A stretch of 32,155 bases of DNA from Actinomycetota bacterium (GTDB lineage: Bacteria > Actinomycetota > Acidimicrobiia > Acidimicrobiales > JAMCPL01): the NCBI GenBank assembly GCA_023379725.1, contig JAMCPC010000121.1:1-32155 (forward strand). Direction: 5' to 3'. Positions within the stretch are counted from its first letter, which is position 1. Each line of letters begins with the position of its first letter. The notes beneath the pieces are model-generated. The model was not told where the DNA came from and did no database searches. It saw only the letters and a program-made list of their open reading frames with translations. The position numbers were made by a program, and so were the translations under genes. Of the stretch, positions 18,005 through 26,012 are shown piece by piece.

Positions 18005-18173
18005 CTAGTGTAGTGTCTCGCAAATAACCATGGGTTCCCGCCAGCCAGATGACGCCCCTGGCGGCGTTCTCGTCCTCAACGTAGCTTCCGGCTACGCCTT
18101 CGTCCTCGGCCTTGCCAGATGACGCCCCTGACTTGCCGGATAACGTCACGCTATTTACGAGACACTACACTAG
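18005..18173 (-). mobile_element. Copy C of the interspersed element (169 bp) in the divergent intergenic region between the response regulator and der
   Basis: TIRs CTAGTGTAGTGTCTCGCAAATA / TATTTACGAGACACTACACTAG. There is an internal 17-nt direct repeat GCCAGATGACGCCCCTG x2 and a central hairpin CGTAGC-TTCCG-GCTACG. Nearly identical to copy D. Confidence 0.93.
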
Positions 18174-18190
18174 ATGCTAAGATATTTATT

Positions 18191-19567
18191 ATGCCAAGTG
18201 AGCAGAGCGAGCCGATGGTCGTAATCGCCGGACGTCCCAATGTGGGCAAATCGACTCTTGTGAACAGGATCATCGGACGCAGGGTCACAGTCGTAGAAGA
18301 TGTCCCAGGGGTCACTAGGGACAGGCTGGAAATAGGCAGTGACTGGTTGGGAGTTCCCTTTACAATTGTAGATACCGGTGGTTGGCAATTATCTGTCGAC
18401 GGTTTGCAGGGGAAGGTATCGCAGGAGGCTAAAAAGGCCATAGAGTATGCAGATGTAGTCGTGGTAGTGACTGATGTATCCGTGGGAGTCACCGATACTG
18501 ACATGGAGATAGCTCGCCATGTGAAACGCCTGGGTAAGCCAGCACTACTTGTGGCCAATAAATCGGACAATAGCCGTAGAGATATAGATGCATGGGAGAT
18601 GCTCTCACTGGGTCTGGGTGACCCTATTCCGCTGAGCGCGCTGCATGGTAGGAGAGTGGACGATCTTCTCGATGCAGTGGTGAAAATCATCGACAATAAT
18701 GCTACAGAGCATTCAAACCATAAGCTGAAAGGAGAAAACATGACACTGACTGAAGTTACAGAAACCGGCAAATCAGAAGAGACATCAAATGGTGACTATC
18801 CCAGGATTGCGCTAGTGGGACGTCCCAACGTCGGGAAATCCACTCTGTTCAATCTCCTGATTGGACAGGATCGTTCAATAGTACATGATATGCCTGGTAC
18901 TACCCGAGATGCTGTAGATACGGTGGTAGAGACCGACAGTGGTACATTTTGTTTTATCGACACTGCCGGAATGCGCCACAAGGACTCCAAGGGAGGTAGG
19001 GTGGAGCATTTTTCTGTACTTCGTTCATTGGATGTCATAGACAATGCCGATCTCGTGCTTATGCTCATAGATGCAACTGAGGGAATTGCCAGGCAGGACC
19101 AGCGTATAGTCGAACGGGCAGTGCAATCAGGCAGTCCGGTAATTGTGATAGTAAACAAATGGGATATCGTGGCACACGATACACGGGATGAGCTAATAAG
19201 CGATATCGAAAATGAACTGGCGTTTGTCGGCGATCCTCCCATTATCAGAGTTAGTGCTAAAACAGGACTTGGCGTACAAAAAATATTCCCTGCCATCCAA
19301 GATGCACTCTCCGCATATCACCACCGAATCCCTACCGGAGAATTGAATCGCGCTCTCAGAATGATTCAAGAAAAGCAAGTAGCTCCCAGCGGAGCAAGGA
19401 TAAAATTTATCGTACAGGGAGCTGTTGATCCGCCAACGTTTGTACTATTTACCAATAAGAGGCTGCCAGCCACGTACTTACGTTTCGTAGAGAGCAGACT
19501 AAAAGAACAGTTTGGCCTTGAACGCACCCCCATTAAGCTGAAGGTACATACAGGCGACGGCAAGTAG
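18191..19567 (+). CDS. der: ribosome-associated GTPase Der (EngA), two GTPase domains plus a KH-like domain
   Basis: Two P-loops (GRPNVGKST x2) and DTGG / DTAG motifs. The ORF-track start at 18119 lies inside repeat copy C, so I place the start at the ATG at 18191 (MPSEQSEPMVVIAGRPNVGKS). Confidence 0.95.
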   Translation: MPSEQSEPMVVIAGRPNVGKSTLVNRIIGRRVTVVEDVPGVTRDRLEIGSDWLGVPFTIVDTGGWQLSVDGLQGKVSQEAKKAIEYADVVVVVTDVSVGVTDTDMEIARHVKRLGKPALLVANKSDNSRRDIDAWEMLSLGLGDPIPLSALHGRRVDDLLDAVVKIIDNNATEHSNHKLKGENMTLTEVTETGKSEETSNGDYPRIALVGRPNVGKSTLFNLLIGQDRSIVHDMPGTTRDAVDTVVETDSGTFCFIDTAGMRHKDSKGGRVEHFSVLRSLDVIDNADLVLMLIDATEGIARQDQRIVERAVQSGSPVIVIVNKWDIVAHDTRDELISDIENELAFVGDPPIIRVSAKTGLGVQKIFPAIQDALSAYHHRIPTGELNRALRMIQEKQVAPSGARIKFIVQGAVDPPTFVLFTNKRLPATYLRFVESRLKEQFGLERTPIKLKVHTGDGK

Positions 19568-19597
19568 TTTCGAGCACGCCAGGAATCCAAGGTAACA

Positions 19598-19795
19598 GTG
19601 GCTTGGTGCGAAGAGTGCAACCAGCGCATAGACGATGATGAACTCGGTGAAGACGGCGAGTGCCCCGACTGCGGTTCAGCAACCCTGGCTCGTAGGCCAA
19701 TTCCGTGGCATTTCAAGTTACTGATTATTGCTACAATCATCTACTTGGGGTACAGAACGTTCCAAGGAGTCACCTGGGTGCTACATCACGTTTAA
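19598..19795 (+). CDS. small zinc-ribbon protein with a C-terminal transmembrane helix
   Basis: 65 aa, CEEC...CPDC followed by the hydrophobic segment FKLLIIATIIYLGY. GTG start 30 nt after the der stop. No family recognised. Confidence 0.45.
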   Translation: MAWCEECNQRIDDDELGEDGECPDCGSATLARRPIPWHFKLLIIATIIYLGYRTFQGVTWVLHHV

Positions 19796-19915
19796 TGACC
19801 TTGACCTGTCCACGCAGATATTGCACACGACAGATGTTGCATAAGTATTTTCCTGTGGCAGACATGGATAATCCTCGGTCACAGCTAAAATAAAAAGCTT
19901 GCGCTCGACAAGTCG

Positions 19916-20152
19916 TCAGAGGTTGACTACTGGGCAGGTTGTTGTCCGGGTAATACCGTCAATAAGCTGTATCTTGCTTACCACTAGGCGTCCAAGCTCG
20001 TCCATCGACTCAGATGCTGCTTTAACGACTACATCATACGGGCCGGTAACGTCATCTGCCTGTACCACTCCCTCTACAGACCTGGCCTGTTGCGCTACAG
20101 AGGCCGCTTTACCTACCTCTGTCTGTATGAGTATGTAAGCACTTACTGTCAT
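19916..20152 (-). CDS. stand-alone Lrp/AsnC-type ligand-binding (RAM) domain protein
   Basis: 78 aa: AYILIQTEVGKAASVAQQARSVEGVVQADDVTGPYDVVVKAASESMDELGRLVVSKIQLIDGITRT, the typical RAM-domain pattern. Confidence 0.75.
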   Translation of the reverse strand: MTVSAYILIQTEVGKAASVAQQARSVEGVVQADDVTGPYDVVVKAASESMDELGRLVVSKIQLIDGITRTTTCPVVNL

Positions 20153-20272
20153 TGCATCTTCTCCTTTGATATCATTGTCTTAAAATGATTCTCATCTGTC
20201 CAATAATTACAGTGTAGCTGCCATTTGCCGTAAAGTTCACAGACCGACCAATATATGGCTTAGCATTGCATT

Positions 20273-21796
20273 GTGGCTAGTTCTCATAGACGTCATCGTA
20301 ACCTGCACCCATCTGTGCTGTACGCACGGATTGCCGCGCAGCTACGCAATTCAATAGCTGCCCTGCTCGATCAGAGCCAACCTTTTGGTAGGCTCGCTCT
20401 GGTACAGGTATTCTCCATTGCAGGTGATGCCATGGTGACTATCTCGCTGGCAGGCTCGCTATTCTTCTCTATCTCTCCGAACGCGGCCAAGGGCAAGATA
20501 ATTCTTTACCTGCTTGTGACTATGGCACCTTTTGCCATTGTAGCTCCGGTACTCGGTCCGCTCGTAGATCGTTCAACCAGTGCTCGCAGGGCAATTGTAG
20601 CAATCTCTACAGGTGGAAGAGCATTTCTCTGCCTGCTCATGGCCAGCGACCTGCACAGCCTGGCATTATTCCCAGAAGCATTCAGCATACTGGTTCTGTC
20701 ACGACTTTACATGGTAACCAAATCTACCCTTGTTCCCGTGCTTACCTCTGACGAATACACCGCCTCTGACCGAGGCTCTATATCCACTTCCGGACAAGGA
20801 CTCGCTACCGATAGATATACCGCCTCCAGTCAAGACCGAGTAGACGATCCTTCCCCGATAAATAAACGGGGAGAGCCTGGATATCATGAAGGTCTTGCTA
20901 CTCGCAACGCTCAGCTCTCACTACTTGCCTCATTGGCTGGCACGGTAGGTACAACCCTGGCTGTAGGTATATTAAAGGGCGTAGGAGCCTCCTGGGTCCT
21001 AAGGGTAGACATATTAATCTACGCTTCAGGCATGGTAGCTGGACTTAGACTGCCGCGTTACATCGGCAAAATACTACCAAGGCAACATCAATCTGATACT
21101 CATGTATATGAAGCCTCTCACAATGAGGCATCCAATGAGGATAACTATCGAGATAAATGGTCTCACGAGAGTACAGAGCAAGTCAACGCTGCTCGCCAAT
21201 CGCTGTGGATGAAGGCGTTCGTCGATCCTGAAGTACTACTTGGCCTGAACGTGATGTCGATCCTAAGAGCACTGGTCGGCTTCTTTGTATTCTTGATAGC
21301 GTTTGGCCTACGCAGGGAGCATGCTTCGATGTTCTGGTACGGTTATGTACTTATAGCTTCGGGAGCCGGATCGTTGATCGGCATCCTGCTGGTACCGCGA
21401 CTTAGAAAGCGAATAAGTGAGCAATCATTGCTCACTGCAGCCGTATGGCTGGTGATGATAGGTGCCGGAATTACTGCTTCTTTTGGGAATGTCGTAGCTC
21501 AGGGCATACTGGCGTTCACGCTTGGCTTGGGGTCATCAGGGGCTCAGCCTGCATTTGATGCTATTGTACAGAGGCTGGTACCGGCAGTTCAGCAGGGGAG
21601 AGCATTTGCAAGATTTCAGACAAGGCTTCAGCTGAGCTGGGTGCTTGGTAGCCTGATATCTGTGATGGTTGCCATCCCATTTGTCTCGGGGAACATTATT
21701 GTAGCTGCTGTGGCAGGTGTAACTGGACTTTTTTACTTGGCAGGTAGATACAGCAGCGGCCAACGAGCGAACAGTGGCGGCTACGGTGGAAGATAG
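20273..21796 (+). CDS. polytopic membrane protein, MFS-like, with a long hydrophilic central loop
   Basis: 507 aa with multiple hydrophobic segments and an MFS-like loop GPLVDRSTSARRA. GTG start. Confidence 0.6.
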   Translation: MASSHRRHRNLHPSVLYARIAAQLRNSIAALLDQSQPFGRLALVQVFSIAGDAMVTISLAGSLFFSISPNAAKGKIILYLLVTMAPFAIVAPVLGPLVDRSTSARRAIVAISTGGRAFLCLLMASDLHSLALFPEAFSILVLSRLYMVTKSTLVPVLTSDEYTASDRGSISTSGQGLATDRYTASSQDRVDDPSPINKRGEPGYHEGLATRNAQLSLLASLAGTVGTTLAVGILKGVGASWVLRVDILIYASGMVAGLRLPRYIGKILPRQHQSDTHVYEASHNEASNEDNYRDKWSHESTEQVNAARQSLWMKAFVDPEVLLGLNVMSILRALVGFFVFLIAFGLRREHASMFWYGYVLIASGAGSLIGILLVPRLRKRISEQSLLTAAVWLVMIGAGITASFGNVVAQGILAFTLGLGSSGAQPAFDAIVQRLVPAVQQGRAFARFQTRLQLSWVLGSLISVMVAIPFVSGNIIVAAVAGVTGLFYLAGRYSSGQRANSGGYGGR

Positions 21797-23105
21797 GAAT
21801 GATAATCTCCCCTCCGAGAGCCCACCAAGTGCTGACCCACCAAGTGTAACCCCTGTGTCGTCCAAAACTACATTCCATTCCTGGAAGGATACCGTCGTTA
21901 TAGGCCCAGCGCTAGCCGCGGCAACTGCCGGCATAGGGCAATTTGGCATCACTGCCGGCTTGGCTCTTGTTGCCAAAGGATTTGGAAAACCATACAATGG
22001 TCACTCTATTGCCGCTGTTGCCGGTCTATCTGGAACCTCACTCGGTATAGGGCTTGCCATTATACGCCTTGCATCGCTCCTCGCATTACCGTTGGCATCT
22101 ATGGCTGACAAGCGCGGGCGGCGGCGAGTCATCCTGACATGCACTACTGCCGGCCTGATTATTACTGCACTGGCAGGTGTATCACCATCTTACTGGTTCT
22201 TTGTGGTGATATTTGCTGCCGGCCGCCCATTACTCAGTGCTACCACCTCTATCGCTCAGGTAATAGCCTCAGAAGAGACATCCTCAAAGGATCGCGCCAA
22301 GGCAATAGCTATGGTAGCCGCCGGATACGCCATGGGTGCCGGTGCTATAGCCATCTTCAATGACGTGGCATCAAAGGTAATCGGATTCAGATGGCTATTT
22401 TTTGCTGCGTTGGTGCCACTCATAGCATTGCCATTTATTGCCCGTATGATAAGAGAACCCGATAGGTTCGTCAATGCAGCACCCCCAAAGATAACGCGCA
22501 ATTCAGCCATAAGGGCACTCTCGCCACAGTATCGTGCAAGGTTACTCATAATCCTTATTCTTTCCTTCGCTGTCTCGTGGCTGACAGGACCAGCTGATAC
22601 CTTTGTCTTTCTCTACGCAGAATCCTTTTTGCATATGGCCGTCTCAAGTGTTACAGCACTGATCCTCATTGCAGGAATAGTCGGCTTAGCTGGCCTGCTT
22701 ATGGGAAGGTGGCTGGCAGATCATATGGGGCGCCGAGTTACCTCCATGGTCGCGCTCATGGCAATGACCGCTTTTGGAATACTTATTTATAGTGGCACCA
22801 AGTTGGGCATGATAACCGGTTACGAAATGGCGATATTTTCGGGCGGTATGTTCTCTGCCCCAGCAGGTACATTTATTCTCGAACAGTTTCCTACTCCCAT
22901 ACGTGCGGCTGTATCAGGGTGGCAGGTTGCGACCGGAGTCATCGGTGCAGCAGCAGGACTATTTGTCTTTGGCATAGTAGCTCACATCGGCCACCGATTT
23001 TCTATAGCTGCCTACCTGCTCTTCCCTGGTGTGGCCGTTATAGCTCTTCTCTTTCTGCTTCTACAAGAGACAAAAGGAAAGGAACCAGAAGAACTATGGG
23101 AATAG
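21774..23105 (+). CDS. MFS transporter
   Basis: 443 aa, about 12 hydrophobic segments, MFS signature loops MADKRGRRRV and LADHMGRR. The N-terminal boundary is uncertain (23-nt overlap with the upstream gene). Confidence 0.75.
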   Translation: MAATVEDRNDNLPSESPPSADPPSVTPVSSKTTFHSWKDTVVIGPALAAATAGIGQFGITAGLALVAKGFGKPYNGHSIAAVAGLSGTSLGIGLAIIRLASLLALPLASMADKRGRRRVILTCTTAGLIITALAGVSPSYWFFVVIFAAGRPLLSATTSIAQVIASEETSSKDRAKAIAMVAAGYAMGAGAIAIFNDVASKVIGFRWLFFAALVPLIALPFIARMIREPDRFVNAAPPKITRNSAIRALSPQYRARLLIILILSFAVSWLTGPADTFVFLYAESFLHMAVSSVTALILIAGIVGLAGLLMGRWLADHMGRRVTSMVALMAMTAFGILIYSGTKLGMITGYEMAIFSGGMFSAPAGTFILEQFPTPIRAAVSGWQVATGVIGAAAGLFVFGIVAHIGHRFSIAAYLLFPGVAVIALLFLLLQETKGKEPEELWE

Positions 23106-23914
23106 ATCTGTCTAACAAGAACCCCGATTCACGATATTTTGCCCTGGCTTTGTCGACAGAGATCCCAGGGCTATATCGGTACGCTCGCTCAATTACAGGC
23201 AGCAATGAAGAGGCGGAGGACCTCGTCGGCGACACAATAGTCAGAGCAATGGAACGGGCGGAGCAGTACCGAAATGAGGCATCGCTTAAGACATGGCTTC
23301 ACAGCATTCTCTACCACTTGGCAATTGATCGTGCTCGCCACAATGCACATGAGATCAGCGTCGAGGATGTAGAAACTCTCTGGCGTGATGATTCCTACAG
23401 CGTGAACGCGGAGGAGGTTGCCGAACGTGCCGAGTCAGCCGACGAACTTCGCGAAGCGCTCATCCATCTACCACACCACTACCGCAGCGCTGTCGTCCTC
23501 CACGATGGCGAGGGTTTTTCTGCAAATGAGATAGCAGATGTCCTTGGTATCTCACTATCTGCTGCCAAGCAGCGTATCCGGCGGGGAAGAATGATGCTTG
23601 TAAGTGCTCTGTCACGGCAAGAGGAGCGACGAACAGCAAATGTCGGAGTTCCCCTCGGTTGCTGGGATGCCCGAGAAAAGGTGTCGAGTTACATAGACGG
23701 TGAGCTGGATCCATCTCAACGCGCTTCACTAGAGGATCATCTTTCCAGATGTGCTACTTGTCCACCCCTCTACCAGGCTCTTGCTGGTACCACTGTATCA
23801 CTTGATCGACTGCACGATCCCGATAACGTCATCCCAGCCACCCTGGCCGATAGGGTACGTCGCTATCTCGACCTTGACCACACCCATGGAACTATCAACC
23901 CTGCCAAAGAATAG
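23096..23914 (+). CDS. ECF sigma-70 family factor fused at its C-terminus to a zinc-binding anti-sigma (ZAS, zf-HC2) domain
   Basis: Region 2 (EDLVGDTIVRAMER...WLHSILYHLAIDRAR), region 4 (LPHHYRSAVVLHDGEGFSANEIADVLGISLSAAKQRIRRGR), then C-x25-H-x3-C-x2-C (CWDAREK...EDHLSRCATC). The ATG at 23096 overlaps the MFS stop. The ORF-track start at 22919 is an out-of-frame read across the MFS gene. Confidence 0.85.
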   Translation: MGIDLSNKNPDSRYFALALSTEIPGLYRYARSITGSNEEAEDLVGDTIVRAMERAEQYRNEASLKTWLHSILYHLAIDRARHNAHEISVEDVETLWRDDSYSVNAEEVAERAESADELREALIHLPHHYRSAVVLHDGEGFSANEIADVLGISLSAAKQRIRRGRMMLVSALSRQEERRTANVGVPLGCWDAREKVSSYIDGELDPSQRASLEDHLSRCATCPPLYQALAGTTVSLDRLHDPDNVIPATLADRVRRYLDLDHTHGTINPAKE

Positions 23915-24105
23915 ATGATTCAGCGCACTGGTGAGGATGGGCTACAACATGCTGTCCACTGACGAGACGACATACGAGATGACCATAGCTTATTTGTAGG
24001 CGCTAAACAGCGATTGTATCCTTTTCCCAGTCTTGTACGTCTATGAAGTATTGAACAGATAAAACAAAAACGATCAGTTCAAAGGAGAAGAAAGGAGAAA
24101 GTACA

Positions 24106-24357
24106 ATGACTAAGAATATGGGAAATATAGATAGAGTACTCAGGACTATCCTGGGAGTAGGGGCAGTTGCAGGTAGCGGTGTACTGGGGTTCAGCACAGG
24201 ATGGGGGATCGTACTACTGGTGGTTGCAGCCATTATGCTACTTACGTCGGCAATTGGATATTGCCCATTGTACAGCTTATTCGGTATCGACACGACCTGT
24301 TCAACTGATGCCATAACCGATAAACACCATACGTTTCACCTGCACCGAACGGTATAA
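24106..24357 (+). CDS. DUF2892 (YgaP-like) small membrane protein
   Basis: 83 aa: NIDRVLRTILGVGAV...AIGYCPLYSLFGIDT, the DUF2892 pattern. AAAGGAGAA lies upstream of the ATG. Confidence 0.75.
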   Translation: MTKNMGNIDRVLRTILGVGAVAGSGVLGFSTGWGIVLLVVAAIMLLTSAIGYCPLYSLFGIDTTCSTDAITDKHHTFHLHRTV

Positions 24358-24419
24358 TAGCAGGAAGACTATGCCTAATCATCTACAATAGGCAGTATCG
24401 ACTTGTCTATTGATCTCGT

Positions 24420-24794
24420 TTAAGTGTGGGCACTCTTTTGAAAACTCAAGCAGGCAGAATTAATGCAATATCTTTTTCCAGTCGCATTTTTCGGATCATC
24501 ATCGAAAACATGGCCGAGATGGGCTTTACATTGAACGCATAATACTTCAGTTCTGATCATGCCGTGAGATTCATCTACTCGTAAAACAATATTATTCATA
24601 TTCACAGGTTCCGTGAAACTTGGCCACCCTGTCTGGCTGTCAAATTTAGCGTCGCTGGTGAACAATATCAGCCCACAATTCTTGCACTGGAAATTCCCCT
24701 GGCGTTTTTCATATAACAGTTCACCTGAAAATGGGGCTTCGGTCCCTCCTTCAAACATGATATGTTGTTCCAAGTCCGTTAAGTTGCTATCCAT
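24420..24794 (-). CDS. msrB: peptide-methionine (R)-S-oxide reductase MsrB
   Basis: GTEAPFSGELL..., CxxC pairs (CKNCG, CVQCKAHLGHVF), RYCINS. The ORF extends to 24857; internal ATGs at 24812 and 24794 fit MsrB length better. Confidence 0.93.
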   Translation of the reverse strand: MDSNLTDLEQHIMFEGGTEAPFSGELLYEKRQGNFQCKNCGLILFTSDAKFDSQTGWPSFTEPVNMNNIVLRVDESHGMIRTEVLCVQCKAHLGHVFDDDPKNATGKRYCINSACLSFQKSAHT

Positions 24795-24978
24795 AATCCA
24801 ATTATATGACATATAAACAACGCAACCTACCCTCACGTTGTAATCAATCTCGTCCACATCGTTCTCCGTACCTATCAGCTACATTGAGTATTCAGCATTA
24901 CGGATCTGACGGATCTCCACTAGCCAGATAGCGTTTTCTCTGATCGTGCTATGCATTAGACATTGGGATTTACTAACT

Positions 24979-25035
24979 CTTGCCTTATTCCCGAGCACTG
25001 GATAATGTAATGCTATTTACGAGATACTAGACTGG
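24979..25035 (-). repeat. Degenerate partial copy (one arm) of the interspersed element, 13 nt upstream of the HAD gene start
   Basis: 25000-25035 (GGATAATGTAATGCTATTTACGAGATACTAGACTGG) matches the copy C end GGATAACGTCACGCTATTTACGAGACACTACACTAG at 30 of 36 positions without gaps. Weaker similarity extends back to CTTGCC at 24979. Confidence 0.6.
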
Positions 25036-25048
25036 TGTAGAAATAGAT

Positions 25049-25867
25049 ATGAACGACAATGACACTATTGATGCAGGCAACAGTAAGGTCTGGCTGATCG
25101 ACCTCGACGGGGTCGTATGGCTGGCGGGAGAAGCGATAGAGGGAGTAGGACAAGCGGTCGAAACAGTTCGAGACTTCGGAAGAAAGGTAATATTCGTTAC
25201 TAACAACTCTGGTCCGACCAAAGACACCTTCATGACCAGATTACAGAGAGCTGGTATAAAGGTTGGTAAGGAAAGTATATTAACTGCATCCGACGCGGCA
25301 GCTAGTCTACTTGAGCAGGGAGAGGATGTATACCTATGGGGAGAGGATGGCCTACTGGAGGCTGTCGAAGCCAAGAAAGTGAGCATCGTCAGTGATCCGC
25401 AAAGAGCTGCCACCGTAGTAGTTGGCTGGAGTACTCACTTTGATTTTGATCAACTTGCCAGGGTGTCCAGCGCTATCAGTAGTGGTGCGAGATATATTGG
25501 GGCCAATGATGACCCGACACACCCTACCCCACATGGTTTACTACCGGGTACCGGTGCCTTACTGGCCGCTGTATCAGCAGCCAGCCATACACAGCCGATA
25601 ATAGCCGGGAAACCACATGATCCGATGGTACGGATGGTAGAAGACACGGTAATTGGAGAATTAGAGCTGGTCATAGGAGACAGGCCTTCTACCGATGGTC
25701 TCTTTGCGGCAAAGCTTGGATTACCGTTTGCCCTTGTCGGCTCGGACGCTACAGCTAAAGAAGGAGATAGGGAAGGAGTGAACCCGGAGTATCGTGCAGG
25801 TAGCTTGCTGGATATGGTAGAACTCATACTTGGTGAAAATGGGAGAGTGAGTTCACGGCTGCTTTAG
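25049..25867 (+). CDS. HAD-superfamily subfamily IIA hydrolase (NagD / Rv1692-like phosphatase)
   Basis: DxD motif (WLIDLDGVVW), VTNNS, GKP, GDRPSTD. It sits upstream of tlyA as in mycobacteria. Confidence 0.85.
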   Translation: MNDNDTIDAGNSKVWLIDLDGVVWLAGEAIEGVGQAVETVRDFGRKVIFVTNNSGPTKDTFMTRLQRAGIKVGKESILTASDAAASLLEQGEDVYLWGEDGLLEAVEAKKVSIVSDPQRAATVVVGWSTHFDFDQLARVSSAISSGARYIGANDDPTHPTPHGLLPGTGALLAAVSAASHTQPIIAGKPHDPMVRMVEDTVIGELELVIGDRPSTDGLFAAKLGLPFALVGSDATAKEGDREGVNPEYRAGSLLDMVELILGENGRVSSRLL

Positions 25868-26012
25868 CCTTGGAAATACACAGAAATGCACAACAGCACG
25901 AGTGCAGGATCCGTTCGTAAGGATAGGGAGGACATGGAGGACAGTATTACACTGACCTCAGCAACATGAAAACAATTTGAAAAAGTATTGCCGTGGGTAT
26001 ATAATACCTCCT

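Noticed and set aside
18119-18190. Upstream extension of der (ORF-track start at 18119)
   Set aside because: The extra 24 codons ([24 protein letters not shown]) are encoded by the repeat. Der family proteins begin a few residues before the first P-loop, which fits the ATG at 18191.
22919-23095. N-terminal 59 codons of ORF 22919..23914
   Set aside because: This part overlaps the 3' end of the MFS gene in another frame and gives a Cys/Ser/Arg-rich nonsense-like peptide. The sigma-factor homology starts after the internal ATG at 23096.
25030-25046. Possible second, internally deleted TIR (CTAGACTGGTGTAGAAATAG) abutting the relic at 24979-25035, which would mimic the end-to-end junction seen in gltB
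   Set aside because: It needs an 8-nt deletion plus a 5-nt insertion to align. Too speculative.
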